DNA from: Asterias rubens
Lineage: Eukaryota
Direction: 5' to 3'
NCBI RefSeq assembly: GCF_902459465.1
Contig: NC_047081.1
Span: 62,001-126,000, forward strand
DNA length: 64,000 nucleotides
A model generated the notes under the pieces. That model had not been told where the DNA came from and searched no databases. It saw only the letters and a list, made by a program, of their open reading frames with translations. Below, in pieces: positions 1 through 13,655 of this stretch (positions within the stretch are counted from its first letter, which is position 1; the number at the start of each line of letters is the position of its first letter). The position numbers and the translations under genes were made by a program.

Positions 1-39
1 CTTGGCCTTTACTAGACCGCGGGTTGGTGGAGCTGCCAT
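1..39 (-). CDS. Probable N-terminus of a third gelsolin-like paralog (truncated by window edge)
   Basis: Minus strand reads GTAACC-ATG-G then MAAPPTRGLVKAK to the window edge. GLVKAK matches the family N-terminus (paralog B here: [12 protein letters not shown]; paralog A: MQKAKTYDW). A pyrimidine-rich acceptor (TTTTCCTCTTCTAG) lies ~17 nt upstream of the ATG, the same layout as in both full paralogs. Only 13 codons are visible. Confidence 0.6.
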   Translation of the reverse strand, partial: MAAPPTRGLVKAK

Positions 40-647
40 GGTTACAGAACAGGGACTAGAAGAGGAAAATAATAGACATTACGTTTAAAAATATCTTCAA
101 CAAAAACTGATTCGTCAAATCAACATTAATATTATAATTAAATGTAAGCATGTCGGTTCAACAGCCGTGAGCAAGAGTTTGGGATATGGGATGGCTGTGA
201 TGATAGAAGACTTGATGGGAGTCAATAATGGCAATTGCTTCAAGACAGCTCACTCAGTCATACCTCAAACTCAGCATCAAGACACCTCCCATGGTCATAC
301 CTCTAGGTCATACATTAGAGCAAAGACCAGACCCGGTCAATCTCAAGATAGAATCGGGAAGCCTACGAAATTGCTGACATTTTTGTCACAGTAGTCATCA
401 CTTCCATGCTGGGATATTAGGAAAACAGATGTGAAGATGTACCCACACCGGCATTTGATTCTAACTTAATCATTTAAATCGTTTCGAATTATGTCAATTT
501 TCTAGCTTGTTATTTAGCTTGAATACAAGTAGTAAACCAAAATGGAAATTGTCTGGATATATGTTTTAAATAATTTAGGTTTTAAACAAACCGAAATCTC
601 AATTGGGCATCAGAAGTTGCAAGAAAAGAATGACAAACAAAAACTAC

Positions 648-850
648 CAGACTTTGTAAGGGGTGACTTTATACGTGGCGACTCTGTAAGGGGGTCACTT
701 TGTAAGGGGTGATTTTGTAAGGGGTAACTTTGTAAGGGGGTAACTTTGTAAGGGGTGACTTTGTAAGGTGTGAGTTTGTAAGGGGTTGACTTAATGTCGA
801 CCCATGGCAAAATCGCGCCCTATAGCAACAAAGTCGCCCCTTACAAAGCC
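648..850. repeat. 16-17 bp minisatellite (ACTTTGTAAGGGGTG-like, ~9 copies) with an inverted copy at ~833-850
   Basis: Directly visible tandem units at 650-790; the inverted motif AAAGTCGCCCCTTACAAAG follows downstream. Confidence 0.8.
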
Positions 851-3800
851 GCCCCATGACTTTTTATGGTCATTAATTTTTGGAGTTATTACCAAAGGTA
901 CTCCCTCACTATGTGACTCAATATAAGTGATTATTTGTTTTCATTGAACAGCTCACTTGAAAAACAATACGGTATGAAAACAAATAAAAACGATGTCACA
1001 TGGGAACACAACTTGCCGGTGCCACGTTCAAGGATACACTTTTGCTGAAACCATAATAGCTTGAAGACACGACCAGACTTTGATTTCACTTTGCGACGAA
1101 TTCCATTTCAAAGCACGTACTAAATGACCTAATATGGTAATTGGGTGCGGGTTACCATTCTGGAAGAAGCTTAGGTCTCATCCAGACCCCCCCCCCCCTC
1201 CAATTTGTGTGCATCGAGGTCACGATTCCCGTCTCAAACGAATCATGTTACAAAATGCGGTAACATAAAGGTCAGAATTATTCCACTTTCATGGAATATT
1301 TCACGAAAGAAAACAACTTTTAAAAACAACTTCTGCATGACCAGAATTTCGGGAAAAGTAATTTGTAAATAAAATGACCAGTTTTTAAACAAATTACTTT
1401 CAAAGTCCTATGTCTAAAAGTTTGTTTCTTGACGTCGAGCCTTTTGATGACGAACTAATATTATATACACCTAAAAGCAAAGCATGAGTGGGCGACAAAT
1501 AACAGAAGGGGAGTACAACTTTTGTTTTCACCATCGCACAACTGTGTTTGTTTTTTATCTTTAAAAGACAGTCGCTTACTCCAAAATTTTAAAGAAAACA
1601 AATTATACTAAATTATAAATATTATTGTATAGGGGTAGGTGCAAGAGCTTTCTTGTTTGGTTTAGAAGAGGCTGGTCTTTTATTCTGTCTCCAAAAAGTT
1701 ACGTTAGTTTCACAGTATTGTAACCATTTATTAATGTGTATATCTTGTAGTGGAGATTTTATTGAGTCCGACACATCCGCGATGCAGTTTTTAAAGTTTG
1801 TCCGGCTCGGGTGTTTTAAATATTATGTACCGCTGATTTAAAATAATAAATAAATAACTTTTAAATAAATAAATAACATACTGCCACGCCCCGCCTCTCT
1901 TCTTGCACAGAAAGCAAAAACCCCCTCATTAGCTCTATGTCCAAAATTATGAGCAAATATTTAATGTGAAAATCAAATCATTAAATACCAACTTTAACTT
2001 ACAAAAATGCCGCCATCAGTCTGGTAATTAGAAACTTTTATACTGCTTTGTTAAAGTACATACCTTCTGGAGAAAGACGAGATCAGTTGAAGTAAAGATT
2101 TGTGGACTGCTTCCTCTACCAGCCAGAATCAAAACACTCAGACCAACTGCAGTGACAAGAAACCAACGCCCTGGAGCTGCAAGATTTGGCGCTGTGCAAT
2201 TATGACATATTATATTTTAAGATGGTCCCTTAAATATCAGAAATGTGGAACCCAACGCTAAGGTATGGCCGGCAGATTGGACAATAAACCAATCCTGCCT
2301 TGAAAAGCAACAATCTTTGATTTTGTTTAACCATTTTTCGATTGTTTTAGTCTATAGATAAAGATGATACAATAAAACTCTAACATGGGACAATTTCATT
2401 TCAAAATGAGATATCGCCTAGAATGCAGAGCGATTATGTCCACGCAGGGAGAACAATCCCCAATATGAATACACAATCTGAGAAACGTTTCAAACAGTAA
2501 CTCTTCTTAGATTCATTTTTTTAGATCATAACTGATGTTTTTTGTTTTATACATAACCACATTACTTCGAAGTTTTTTCAAAATGCCTTATATCGAAAGC
2601 TACTGTATAGGCTTCTAATAACCAAAGGTTTATTGGTATTAATTAAGAGTGATTATTAAACATCCCTTAAATGAGGTTCACACACAACATACCATCGCTC
2701 AAGACCCAAATAAATTTGTTCTAAACTTTTAAATAGACAAGTTTTGCCTTCCATACCGATATGGATATACAGAGAATGTCTGTTGCATTCCGATCTCGAG
2801 GCACATGTTTAAAGTATCTCTCAATCTTACTCTGTTAATGGATCCCTTCATGCTCATGAATTATGTATAATTGTATGGTGACAAAATCAAATCTTAGCCA
2901 ACCAAATCGTTGATTTTCAGAAGAGGCATAAAAGAGGAGCTATAAAAACCGTTCATTTAAATACAATCACAGCAAATTGGATTGAATAAATGAGCACCCG
3001 ATAGCAGGGGATGTAAAAACTGTTAAGTTGTTAAATAGAAAAAAATACAAATAGAAAATTCTTCATTTTGTGATTAAGCACTCGTCAATGGATTTTTCTG
3101 TCCACGTTTCGGCGAGCGCACTATAGAGATTATCTGCATCATAAACAACAATACAATTAAATGACAAGTACATTTTACAAACAATCAGTGACAAAATAGT
3201 TTTTGTTTTGTTGGACAACCTTTTTCCTTTAATACCAAATAAAATCCGATATGACATAAATTAATAGCAAAATATATATAACTAAAGCTTCCTACACACC
3301 GGGTTCCAATAAATTGACCTACCTTGTTAAAGTTTGACCTACAAGCGGCTAGGCTTTCAAATTAAGTTAAAAAGTGAAAAGTAACTGTTATGGTGATAAT
3401 TATAAGTCGTGCATTCAGTGCATCAAAATAATGGGGAGTGAGTAGTTAGTTGAACCATTTTAATTTGTTAAAGATCCTTATAATTTATGCGCATTATGTG
3501 TAATAATCAGTAATAGGATTTCTTCTTACCAGTGCAAAGAAGCAAACTTCAAAATAAGCTCCAAACATTCAGGATAGGTTCCATGCCATTCACAGCAATA
3601 ATAATTAGAATATCAAATAATAAGACTATAGTTTCATGCAAGACCTGGATACGTGAGGCATGGAGGATCACTTAATTGGAATGTATTTTCCTTCAAAGCA
3701 AAATTGTTCTGAGATTTGGTTTAGACTTTACATAACTTTCATGAAGATTTTAAGTACATCATTTCTTTAAAATTACTCTGATAATTGTATGGCAAGTAGC

Positions 3801-4408
3801 ACTTTTAAAGTTTACCTAAGGCAATCATGATTATGTTTCTTTTAAAAAAGTTATTTAATTTACAAACATGTGTATTCTTCTAGAAAAGATTGTGTACCTT
3901 TAAAACATTCCCCTTTAATGTCACAAACTTGTTTATAAGGCACTTACGCGGAAGTATTTAGCAAAAATTATCAACAGATTCGTTGCTTTTTTCTTTACAT
4001 CAATTTCCGATAGTAAACACAGCTTGCTCGGCCAACAGTTGCAAGAGGAACCAAAACAAAAGAAACTAAAACAAATTACCTACAAAAATAAATGGATGAA
4101 TGTCTCAAAATTAAACCTCCCCACATAAAAGTGTAAAACCGTGGAATGTCTGTTACATGAGTGAACTTTAGAATCATACATGGTTGTGATGGTACTTTGG
4201 TTAATTGCAAATGATAAAATAAGTCCCACATTTGTTAGGGATACATTTGAACATTTCTTATCTGGTACAAAAATAAAAGTAAATTTTTCACTCTGTTACC
4301 CTGGGAAACCAGACGTTTTCAATTTTTGGGGTGTGGGGGAACGGATACAATTTGGGAGTTATCTTTAAATGTATCTAACTGTTCATTTGGACATTTTGAA
4401 AGTTGGAT

Positions 4409-4552
4409 NNNNNNNNNNNNNNNNNNNNNNNNNNNNNNNNNNNNNNNNNNNNNNNNNNNNNNNNNNNNNNNNNNNNNNNNNNNNNNNNNNNNNNNNNNNN
4501 NNNNNNNNNNNNNNNNNNNNNNNNNNNNNNNNNNNNNNNNNNNNNNNNNNNN
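4409..4552. other. Assembly gap (144 N)
   Basis: Run of N characters. Confidence 1.
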
Positions 4553-4919
4553 TACACCACTACCTGTAGTGGTGTCTTACTATCTCAACAGTCGTAGGGC
4601 CATTGGTGGAAATGTGAACAAGTTGCAAATGGAAGACATTGTGTAATTAGTTTATCCGCTCTTTGAGTGGAGGTTGGAGGTTGGAGGGAGATTTCTTAAA
4701 ATGGCAAAGTGCTAACAATATATATCTAAGATGAGTTGTACCATGAAAATAAAAACATGTATTTCTTTATTACACAGACTACAATTAATGCTCCCCTTTT
4801 CACCTTCAAGAAATAACTACTGTTGTTCCTTTCCTTAACCAAAAGCTTAGCGATTATTTTGCCTTCAACTTTACAAGGCATTCTCATGCATTATTTTAGC
4901 CTCAACTCTACTAATCATC

Positions 4920-7900
4920 CTAAGGCATGATTTTAGCAAATAGTGCCGTCTCTTTTCCTTCACTCACCACAGTGACTGGAACAAGGGGATGCTGGGTCTT
5001 CATCAAGTAGTTCTGAAATAGAACAATAGAAAAAATCATTCAAATATTTGGCATTGGCGTATTGAGAAAAGAAAACCAACTTGTTTAAATACAATCGGCT
5101 AGGGGCCTACTTGTGCCCTCATCTACAAAATGGAAATATCAAATGTAACCATGACAAGATTAATACTATTTATTGAACAACGCAAGCAATTCAAATGAGC
5201 GCTTTGTTCCGTTGTAAAAAATACTTACATGGGCATAAGACATGGCATTTTTCCTCTCATCAGTACTTGCTGCTTGTCCAATCCATGCAAACAACTGCTT
5301 TCCATCATCAACAAGAAACACATCCTGGTTGAGAGAAAAAAAATATAGACAGAGTTAGAGATACAGATGGATTAAAGAGAAAACCCAAACTAAGATAAGT
5401 CTTGATGTCTAACTGGGTAATAGAACCACAACATGTCTAGTAATAATCCTTGACCAGGTGACGAGAAATGAAAGGAGGACACATAGACAGAGTTAGAGAT
5501 AGAGATGGATTAAAGAGAAAACCCAAACTAAGATAAGTCTTGATGTCTAACTGGGTAATAGAACCACAACATGTCTAGTAATAATCCTTGACCAGGTGAC
5601 GAGAAATGAAAGGAGGACACATAGACAGAGTTAGAGATAGAGATGGATTAAAGAGAAAACCCAAACTAAGATAAGTCTTGGTGTCTAACTGGGTAATAGA
5701 ACCACAACATGTCTAGTAATAATCCTTGACCAGGTGACGAGAATGGAAAGGAGGACACATAGACAGAGTTAGAGAAAGAGATGGATTAAAGAGAAAACCC
5801 AAACTAAGATAAGTCTTGATGTCTAACTGGGTAATAGAACCACAACATGTCTAGTAATAATCCTTGACCAGGTGACGAGAGATGAAAGGGGGAAACACAG
5901 GGATTATTAAGGTCCAGTCTAAAAGTTGTTCAATTGCATTTCTAAGCTTCAAAACAGTCCAGCTTCCAACAAAACTGTCTTGTAAAGGTTTACAGGAACA
6001 CGAAGAGAGAGGGCATTCAATTAGAAGGTTTATAAGAAAATAAAGGGAAGGTCCTCCAGGAGAGGGCATTCAATAAGGAGGTGTATAGGAAAATAAAGGG
6101 AAGGTCCTCCAGGAGAGGGCATTCAATAAGGAGGTGTATAGGAAAATAAAGGGAAGGTCCTCCAGGAGAGGGCATTCAATAAGGAGGTGTATAGGAAAAT
6201 AAAGGGAAGGTCCTCCAGGAGAGGGCATTCAATAAGGAGGTGTATAGGAAAATAAAGGGAAGGTCCTCCAGGAGAGGGCATTCAATAAGGAGGTGTATAG
6301 GAAAATAAAGGAAGGTCCTCCAGGAGAGGGCATTCAATAAGGAGGTGTATAGGAAAATAAAGGGAAGGTCCTCCAGGAGAGGGCATTCAATAAGGAGGTG
6401 TATAGGAAAATAAAGGAAGGTCCTCCAGGAGAGGGCATTCAATAAGGAGGTGTATAGGAAAATAAAGGGAAGGTCCTCCAGGAGAGGGCATTCAATAAGG
6501 AGGTGTATAGGAAAATAAAGGAAGGTCCTCCAGGAGAGGGCATTCAATAAGGAGGTGTATAGGAAAATAAAGGGAAGGTCCTCCAGGAGAGGGCATTCAA
6601 TAAGGAGGTGTATAGGAAAATAAAGGAAGGTCCTCCAGGAGAGGGCATTCAATAAGGAGGTGTATAGGAAAATAAAGGGAAGGTCCTCCAGGAGAGGGCA
6701 TTCAATAAGGAGGTGTATAGGAAAATAAAGGGAAGGTCCTCCAGGAGAGGGCATTCAATAAGGAGGTGTATAGGAAAATAAAGGGAAGGTCCTCCAGGAG
6801 AGGGCATTCAATAAGGAGGTGTATAGGAAAATAAAGGAAGGTCCTCCAGGAGAGGGCATTCAATAAGGAGGTGTATAGGAAAATAAAGGGAAGGTCCTCC
6901 AGGAGAGGGCATTCAATTAGGAGGTGTATAGGAAAATAAAGGGAAGGTCCTCCAGGAGAGGGCATTCAATAAGGAGGTGTATAGGAAAATAAAGGGAAGG
7001 TCCTCCAGGAGAGGGCATTCAATAAGGAGGTGTATAGGAAAATAAAGGGAAGGTCCTCCAGGAGAGGGCATTCAATAAGGAGGTGTATAGGAAAATAAAG
7101 GGAAGGTCCTCCAGGAGAGGGCATTCAATAAGGAGGTGTATAGGAAAATAAAGGGAAGGTCCTCCAGGAGAGGGCATTCAATAAGGAGGTGTATAGGAAA
7201 ATAAAGGGAAGGTCCTCCAGGAGAGGGCATTCAATAAGGAGGTGTATAGGAAAATAAAGGGAAGGTCCTCCAGGAGAGGGCATTCAATAAGGAGGTGTAT
7301 AGGAAAATAAAGGGAAGGTCCTCCAGGAGAGGGCATTCAATAAGGAGGTGTATAGGAAAATAAAGGGAAGGTCCTCCAGGAGAGGGCATTCAATAAGGAG
7401 GTGTATAGGAAAATAAAGGGAAGGTCCTCCAGGAGAGGGCATTCAATAAGGAGGTGTATAGGAAATAAAGGGAAGGTCCTCCGGGAGACTGGTTGGTTTT
7501 TATCCTTTACTTTCTCTACTTCTCCATATTCAACCAGAACCCAATAAGGAGGAGACAAAAGATAACAACATACCTTGGAACTCAGGAAGCTCTTGGAGAG
7601 TTTGCCTTCAGATACAAGACTCATCTCTAGGTGACCAGTCTCGTCAGAAACACTACAGTATAACAGAACAAATAAAACACAATTATGGTATGGAAATATT
7701 CACTCATCTATTCTGTAAGTAACATTAAGTATCACTAACAGATTAAGAGAAAAGGGAATAAGAGCAAGTTGTTACTGCAAACCTAAAACCATAAAAGAAT
7801 AGACAATAATGAGTTATAACTTTACACTACAGTTTTCCTCTGCGGATTTCTCTTTGATAAGTATATAAAAAGGATAAATATCTCAGATCACATTACCGGA

Positions 7901-10761
7901 AAATGGCTGGAGTGAAACTGTCATCAGCTTGCTCAGCCCCCTCAGATAAATCCTCCTCCGAGAGACTTGAGTAGAACTTATGGGTGGAGGAAACGTCACC
8001 TTCATCCAGAGTTTCAACTTTTGGTTTACCGCCACGCTCGGATTTCAGTTGCTGCAGATACTGAACAGCCTGTCATGAATAAAACAATGTGTAACTTCAT
8101 CAAAATGGCATCAGTATTTTCATAATGTTTTAATGTACTGGTGAAATGTTATGACACCAGCAAAAGAGTTATTTGTAATGTAGGTATATAAGAAGGAGAT
8201 GGTGAAATGTTATGACAGGTACATTGCCAGCAAAAGGGTAATTTGTAATGTCGATGTAGGTTTATAAGAAGTAGATGGTACCTTAAACTTCTCATCTTTG
8301 TTGGCTCCTTTTCCGTTCCATTGATAGATCTCCAACCCAAGATCCAGAATGAAGACATCATCCGACTTGAGAGAAAACTTGGACAGGGGTCTCTGCAATA
8401 AATAAAAAGGGTCAACAATAAATGCATTTACTTTTATCCACAAACCAACACCCAAAAAGCTTCACACAAGCGTCAGTACTGGTGCAACTGTACATAAATA
8501 TTACATCCCAATTGTAGGGAATAATGCACATGTACAGTGACTCTGGTTACAAGGTCACTTGCATTTGTCAATATGTCTTTACAATAGAAACGTTGTGGCG
8601 CAGCTATATCAAAGGAAAAACAACAGTTGTTTAGGTTATGAAACATTAACATCAATAGTTGTTAGTCTTGAAAATTACAAGTTTGTTTGTGAACTTTGTA
8701 GGCCTAAATTTGCTTTTGCATGTTTTGGAGCTCCTGCATGGTAATCATTAACCAAGACTGGTCTCCAAAGTAACTGTTTAGCAAATGAAACAATATATTT
8801 TAGAAAAAACGTTTGATTTGCTGATTTTTTACTTATTTGTTCAAATTTATACATATTTTTCACTTGGCAATGTTTCGATGATTGTGGATATGAAATTGCA
8901 ATAAAAGACATTATAGTACCCAGCTGAAGAAACACAAACATTAATATTTGAACAGATTTATACCTCTTTTGTTACGATACTTTTTCTGGTTCCACTGAAA
9001 TGAAGGAGTCTTGGCTGATACTCTTCAGGCTTCACATGACGAAATCCAGTGTCTGCTCCTCCATTCATCAAGCTGTACAAATTAGAAATAGTATAATAAT
9101 TCTCCCTCAACTGAAACTCAACAAAGAACAAAAGAACCCAAAAGCCAAAGCACTGTTATAAAGTAATTCAATCTAGTTAAATGCCATTTTCACACTGTAT
9201 CTCTTATCCATGTGGAATACAGCCCCATTGAGACCACAGTACTTGTTTACACCATGGTTACCCCAGCCCACTTTCACTGTGTTCCTATTACAGGGGGTTC
9301 CTTTTACCGCTAACCCACTACTCCAGAACAGGGATGGCTATTCCCTACAGGGTATGCCCATTTACCAGGGCAGGTAAGCGATCATAGGGTGAAAAGGCCG
9401 GCTGTTATTCCCCAGGGAGAAAGCCCCGGTGAATAGAGTAGTGTGAAAAGGGCTTATGCCCTCTGTTGTAAATCAGACAATTCAAATAGGAAATAGACTT
9501 ACTTGAGGGTTTGGAAATATGACATGAACATTGCCGATTCATGGTTCATAACTTCACGATGCTGCACTGGTTTATCATCAAGAAACGTGTCTAACTCCAC
9601 TGTCTTGTAGGCAGCGGTCCCATACTCATCCTGTCAAATACATAACAATCAAACAGACCAAATCAAGTTATCTTTTACCTCATGTATGTTCAAATTTCCA
9701 AAGATGAAACCTACTTTGTTTCTATGTATCTCATCGGTTTAACATTGGAAAAACCTACTGGTGAAACCTATCCTTGAAACAAATGGATTTTATATAAAAC
9801 AAAACATTGTCCCTGCAACCTCAGCATTGAAACCAACACTATAACAAGTGATAATGCAGATTTGTCTTCTGAATTCACATTAATCAAACTGACCTGTGAA
9901 GATGATGCTCCAATCCAGAAGTGAACATCATAAAGCAGTTGGTCATTCTCAGGTTCTTTCTACAAATAAGACACACACAATACTACTCGTTAAAAGTGTC
10001 CGACAAGCAGGTACTAACTTAACTGACATTATTTTGGTTAAAGACTTGGGATCTCCTGTTTAAGATGAGCATTTTAAGAAAAGTGAATAGAAACATGAAG
10101 TGGGGCCATTAAGCTGAAAGGTGCAAGAGAAAATAATGTCTTAATTTACTTACGTAAGTATTCAAGATGATGTAGGAATCACCATCATAGAAGCTTCCAT
10201 AGTCTTCCTTGGGCCAGTGGGTAACTTTAAACTTCACGATACGCCAAATCTAAAACAAAATATTGAAACACACAAATTGTAGATTTATTAATATAGTGAT
10301 CGATGAAGCTGTTCTTGACCTCAGTTATTTTGTAAAACTCATTTATTGTCCATTGTCCCCTTCAAGGCATCTAATGGAGTAGTTTTTGCTTAATAAAAGA
10401 TCACATTGTTTTTTTATGTAACTATTTAGTTTTGGACTGACAACATTAGTCGACTAAACAGAAATAACATGCATGAGCTAACGACAACAGCTCTGGACAG
10501 GGAGGCTTGGGGAGAGTTAGTTTCTCAGACCACAACGGGATGGCGGATGCCCTAATGGAGAGAGAGTTAGTTGAAGTGCTACCACTACCTTCCCTTTTTC
10601 CCTTAACATTCTCCTTAATTTACCTGAAGTCCAACTTTTTCCCCAGCTCCTTTCCAGGCTGGTTCAGATTCAGCCGATTCTTTCTTGACTTGTTTCTCAG
10701 TGTCTGAGCCAAACAGAGCAAGATTCGAATCATTCCAGTCGTAAGTCTTGGCCTTCTGCAT
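4920..10761 (-). CDS. Gelsolin-like protein (three-domain severin/fragmin-type), paralog A, ~362 aa, 10 coding exons
   Basis: Exons 10761-10624, 10249-10154, 9959-9894, 9630-9503, 9072-8964, 8392-8282, 8069-7897, 7652-7574, 5324-5229, 5012-4920; all introns GT-AG with compatible phases. Translation includes [117 protein letters not shown], which are hallmark gelsolin-repeat motifs. Minus-strand AATAAA at ~4766-4771. Confidence 0.95.
5346..5885. repeat. 138-bp tandem repeat, ~4 copies, intronic (gelsolin A)
   Basis: TAGACAGAGTTAGAG recurs at 5346, 5484, 5622, 5760. Confidence 0.95.
6008..7483. repeat. 53-bp (52-bp variants) purine-rich minisatellite, ~28 copies, intronic (gelsolin A)
   Basis: Unit GAAAATAAAGGGAAGGTCCTCCAGGAGAGGGCATTCAATAAGGAGGTGTATAG; some units lack one G. 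Confidence 0.97.
9182..9454. mobile_element. MITE-like non-autonomous DNA element (possibly PIF/Harbinger-type)
   Basis: Terminal inverted repeats TGCCATTTTCACACT ... AGTGTGAAAAGGGCT around a non-coding ~270-bp core. The superfamily call is an inference from TIR style only. Confidence 0.55.
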
Positions 10762-11633
10762 TCTCAGGTTTTAGTGATTCCTATTGCAAAGGGTTAACAG
10801 AGGTACAATGAAGTTTTATATTTTATCACTCAGAAAATGTTTATTCCCAGCATGTGTTAAACTTAACAAATTAATTTTATTGTTTGATGTAGGGCTACTT
10901 GACCTAACAAGTCCATTTCAATTCAAAACAAAACTTCATCTGTGCATTGACATAATAGTTTGAAAGATTCCCCCAGGTCCCGGGCATTCACCACACCTCC
11001 ATGGCCACACCAACATGCATTTAAATTCAATGTGTGTGGGGGTGGAGGGGGGGGGGGGGTGCTTCGCTTTCTACCATTGTGTAAAGTGCAAATGTATAGT
11101 GCAATGTCATGTGTATTCATTTCTCTATGGTGGTTAATTTTGTCAAACATTGTGGGGAGGTCTATCCTCTATGGGTCATGTAGGTTATCAGCAGACTGCA
11201 CTTAGCAGACTGCATAAGTAAATCAATCAGTATACATTCTATAGCAAGGAGGTCTGCATATTAAATAGGCAAATGCACACTGCACACTGCACAGATGAGA
11301 TTTAATTTAATTTATAAACTCATCGATTTATAAAATAAAATGTAGTATTGTGTCCTTAGTCCCATAGATAATAATGAATATAGCTCGATGTCGGGTCTAA
11401 CAAGAAATAATTCTCCAGATTCAAACCAATTCCATGGGTTAAATTCGTCGTAGAGCTCGACATGGATAAATCATGTTTCGAATTCGATGTTTTAGTCTTG
11501 CCCAAAATAAAGTTTGTTTCCCTCAAATCAACAGAATCAGTGAAGTCCATGTATTGTAATGAACTTTTCTACAAACTAAACATCTTTCGGAGAGGCACCT
11601 ATACACCTCCATGGATGAAGAAAACGTACTCAC

Positions 11634-11950
11634 CTGTTTTATAAAGTCAAGTTTCAACGAACTGAAAGAAGGTCCTATGCTGAGCTACTTCGTCTTACAG
11701 TGTTATGACGCGTCCGATACCCCTTGGCTTTGATGCTTTGGTAAAGGTCGAGCTGGGACAACCACTGCCTGCTGTTGTACTATGCGCATGCACCTGTTAT
11801 TGCAGTGCGCACTAACCATACAGACCGTATGCCAACACAACCAAAGCCAACGCCCATCAATTACGTCATGTATGGAATGTTGCAAACAACAACTTAATAG
11901 TAAATGGTTCAATATACTGTGGTCCGGTTGCGGGGGTTAGGCTTGGGGAA
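11634..11950 (-). promoter_or_regulatory. Candidate promoter and non-coding first exon of gelsolin A
   Basis: Strong donor CAG|GTGAGT at 11634/11633 could splice to the acceptor at 10780 just upstream of the ATG. The region is locally CpG-richer, with TGCGCATGCA and TTACGTCA motifs. Confidence 0.4.
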
Positions 11951-13504
11951 GTCGAGGGGAATTATTATGGAAAACAAACATCATTCTTTTGATAAAGAGT
12001 TTCTGCACAATGCTCGCTTTTGCTACAGGTTCTATTTGCAGGAACTTTATTGTACAACCCACGGAGCAATCTAACCCATTATTGACAAAATGATTCAGAT
12101 AACATGTGCCGCCTACTAGGTTTTATGATAATAATAAATAATAATAATAAGACATGTAATAAGCACATATCCACCCTGCTGGGTGTTCAAGGCACAAAAT
12201 AGTTATCGAAACACTAAAAAGGGGTTGATATAAAAGTTAGTCGTGACAACAGAGTCTTGTGGGTTTCTTGGCAATTTATATGCCTTTATTTATCACAGAA
12301 TTTGGCTTCGTTTATAACAAGCTACATTATGTGCACATGATCATGGCTCAATTGGTTCTAAATTAAAGTGATGTCTAAAAAGACTAAACTTTCGTCATAG
12401 TCGTGATTTACCTTGCATATGAAAGTGAACCCAAAGAAACACAGCTTTTAAAACTGTGAATAGGAAAATATTCTAAGCTACATGTCTGGTGGTTGATAAT
12501 TATGTAATCGAGATTGAAAAACAAATACAGTACAAATTTGATTAAACAGAACACTTATGATACAAGAATAATTATGTATATTATATATATATATGACTAT
12601 CCAATTACATGATTGTGTAAAGATCCTATTTATTAAAAAATATGACAATAGGAAATTAAAGTTTGCCTTCTCAGCAGTAAGAACTAATAGAAGAATCGCT
12701 CAGGCTTTAGACTAAACTGTAGGCTTACATGGCTATAGGCATGTGATGGCACAGATGGGTCTCAAGATTTCATATTCTACAAAGAAACATCTTAATGAAA
12801 GTGGGGAAGTCCTTGAGGCACAAGACAAAACCAAGTCGCAGAAAACTAGAGTAATGGAAGACAACAATAACATGATCAGATGTTTTTTCAAATTTGCTCT
12901 AAAAGAAATCGGAGGTTTCTTTGCAAAATGTGTTAATTTGAGTGTGTTTGGTTTTGACCTAAACTTGAACCAATTTGAACTAATGACTGAAAGTAAAGAT
13001 TTCCATCTACTAGAATCCTTAGGATCAACGCAAATACAAACTAAAAGCCAAGTGAAGAAAAGAAATAACACAACTTTCACAACAATTGTTGTCGTACAAG
13101 ATATATTTGGGATTGTCATTCATCATAATAAACAATGTTGTCATGTTATGAGCACTATATACAATGTATAATGCTAACCTAATGAGAAATTTATATTTGA
13201 AAATAAATGGAATGCTGAATTTGAGTTGTATTTGATCAACAGCTTGATAAAAATGATAAAGGAATGTAATGAAGTGCTAATATTATTATTGAGCCTCCAA
13301 ACAACTAGATAAAGACTGACTAAGATTTTGATTAGTTAAGGAAAAGGGAATTGTCTTAAAAAGAGAACATGTTAGCAGCAATAATTTGGCCAAGTACTCA
13401 GTTGTGTGTATATGCAATAAAACACTACACTTAATGTAACTACATTGTATATCAAGCTGGTGGTTGATCATAAGCACAAAGCAACAAGAGTCAACATTCA
13501 AATA

Positions 13505-13655
13505 TTAAAGAGATACCAAGCAGAAATACAACTTCTTGACAAGTTTTGAATGTTGTTAAAGAGATACCAAGCAGAAATACAACTTCTTGACAAGTTTTGA
13601 ATGTTATTAAAGAGATACCAAGCAGAAATACAACTTCTTGACAAGTTTTTAATGT
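13505..13655. repeat. 51-bp tandem repeat, 3 copies
   Basis: AGATACCAAGCAGAAATACAACTTCTTGACAAG at 13511, 13562, 13613. Confidence 0.9.

Noticed and set aside
3530-3592. In-frame TGA as possible selenocysteine
   Set aside because: No SECIS identified, no selenoprotein-like motif, and the exon itself is unproven.
4326-4646. ORFs spanning the N run
   Set aside because: Artefacts of the assembly gap.
6176-7624. ORFs of 87-192 aa ([18 protein letters not shown]...)
   Set aside because: Translations of the intronic 53/52-bp minisatellite; the frame changes with 1-bp indels.
12733-13171. Overlapping 142-aa (+) and 128-aa (-) ORFs
   Set aside because: No recognisable domain or supporting splice structure; compatible with chance ORFs.
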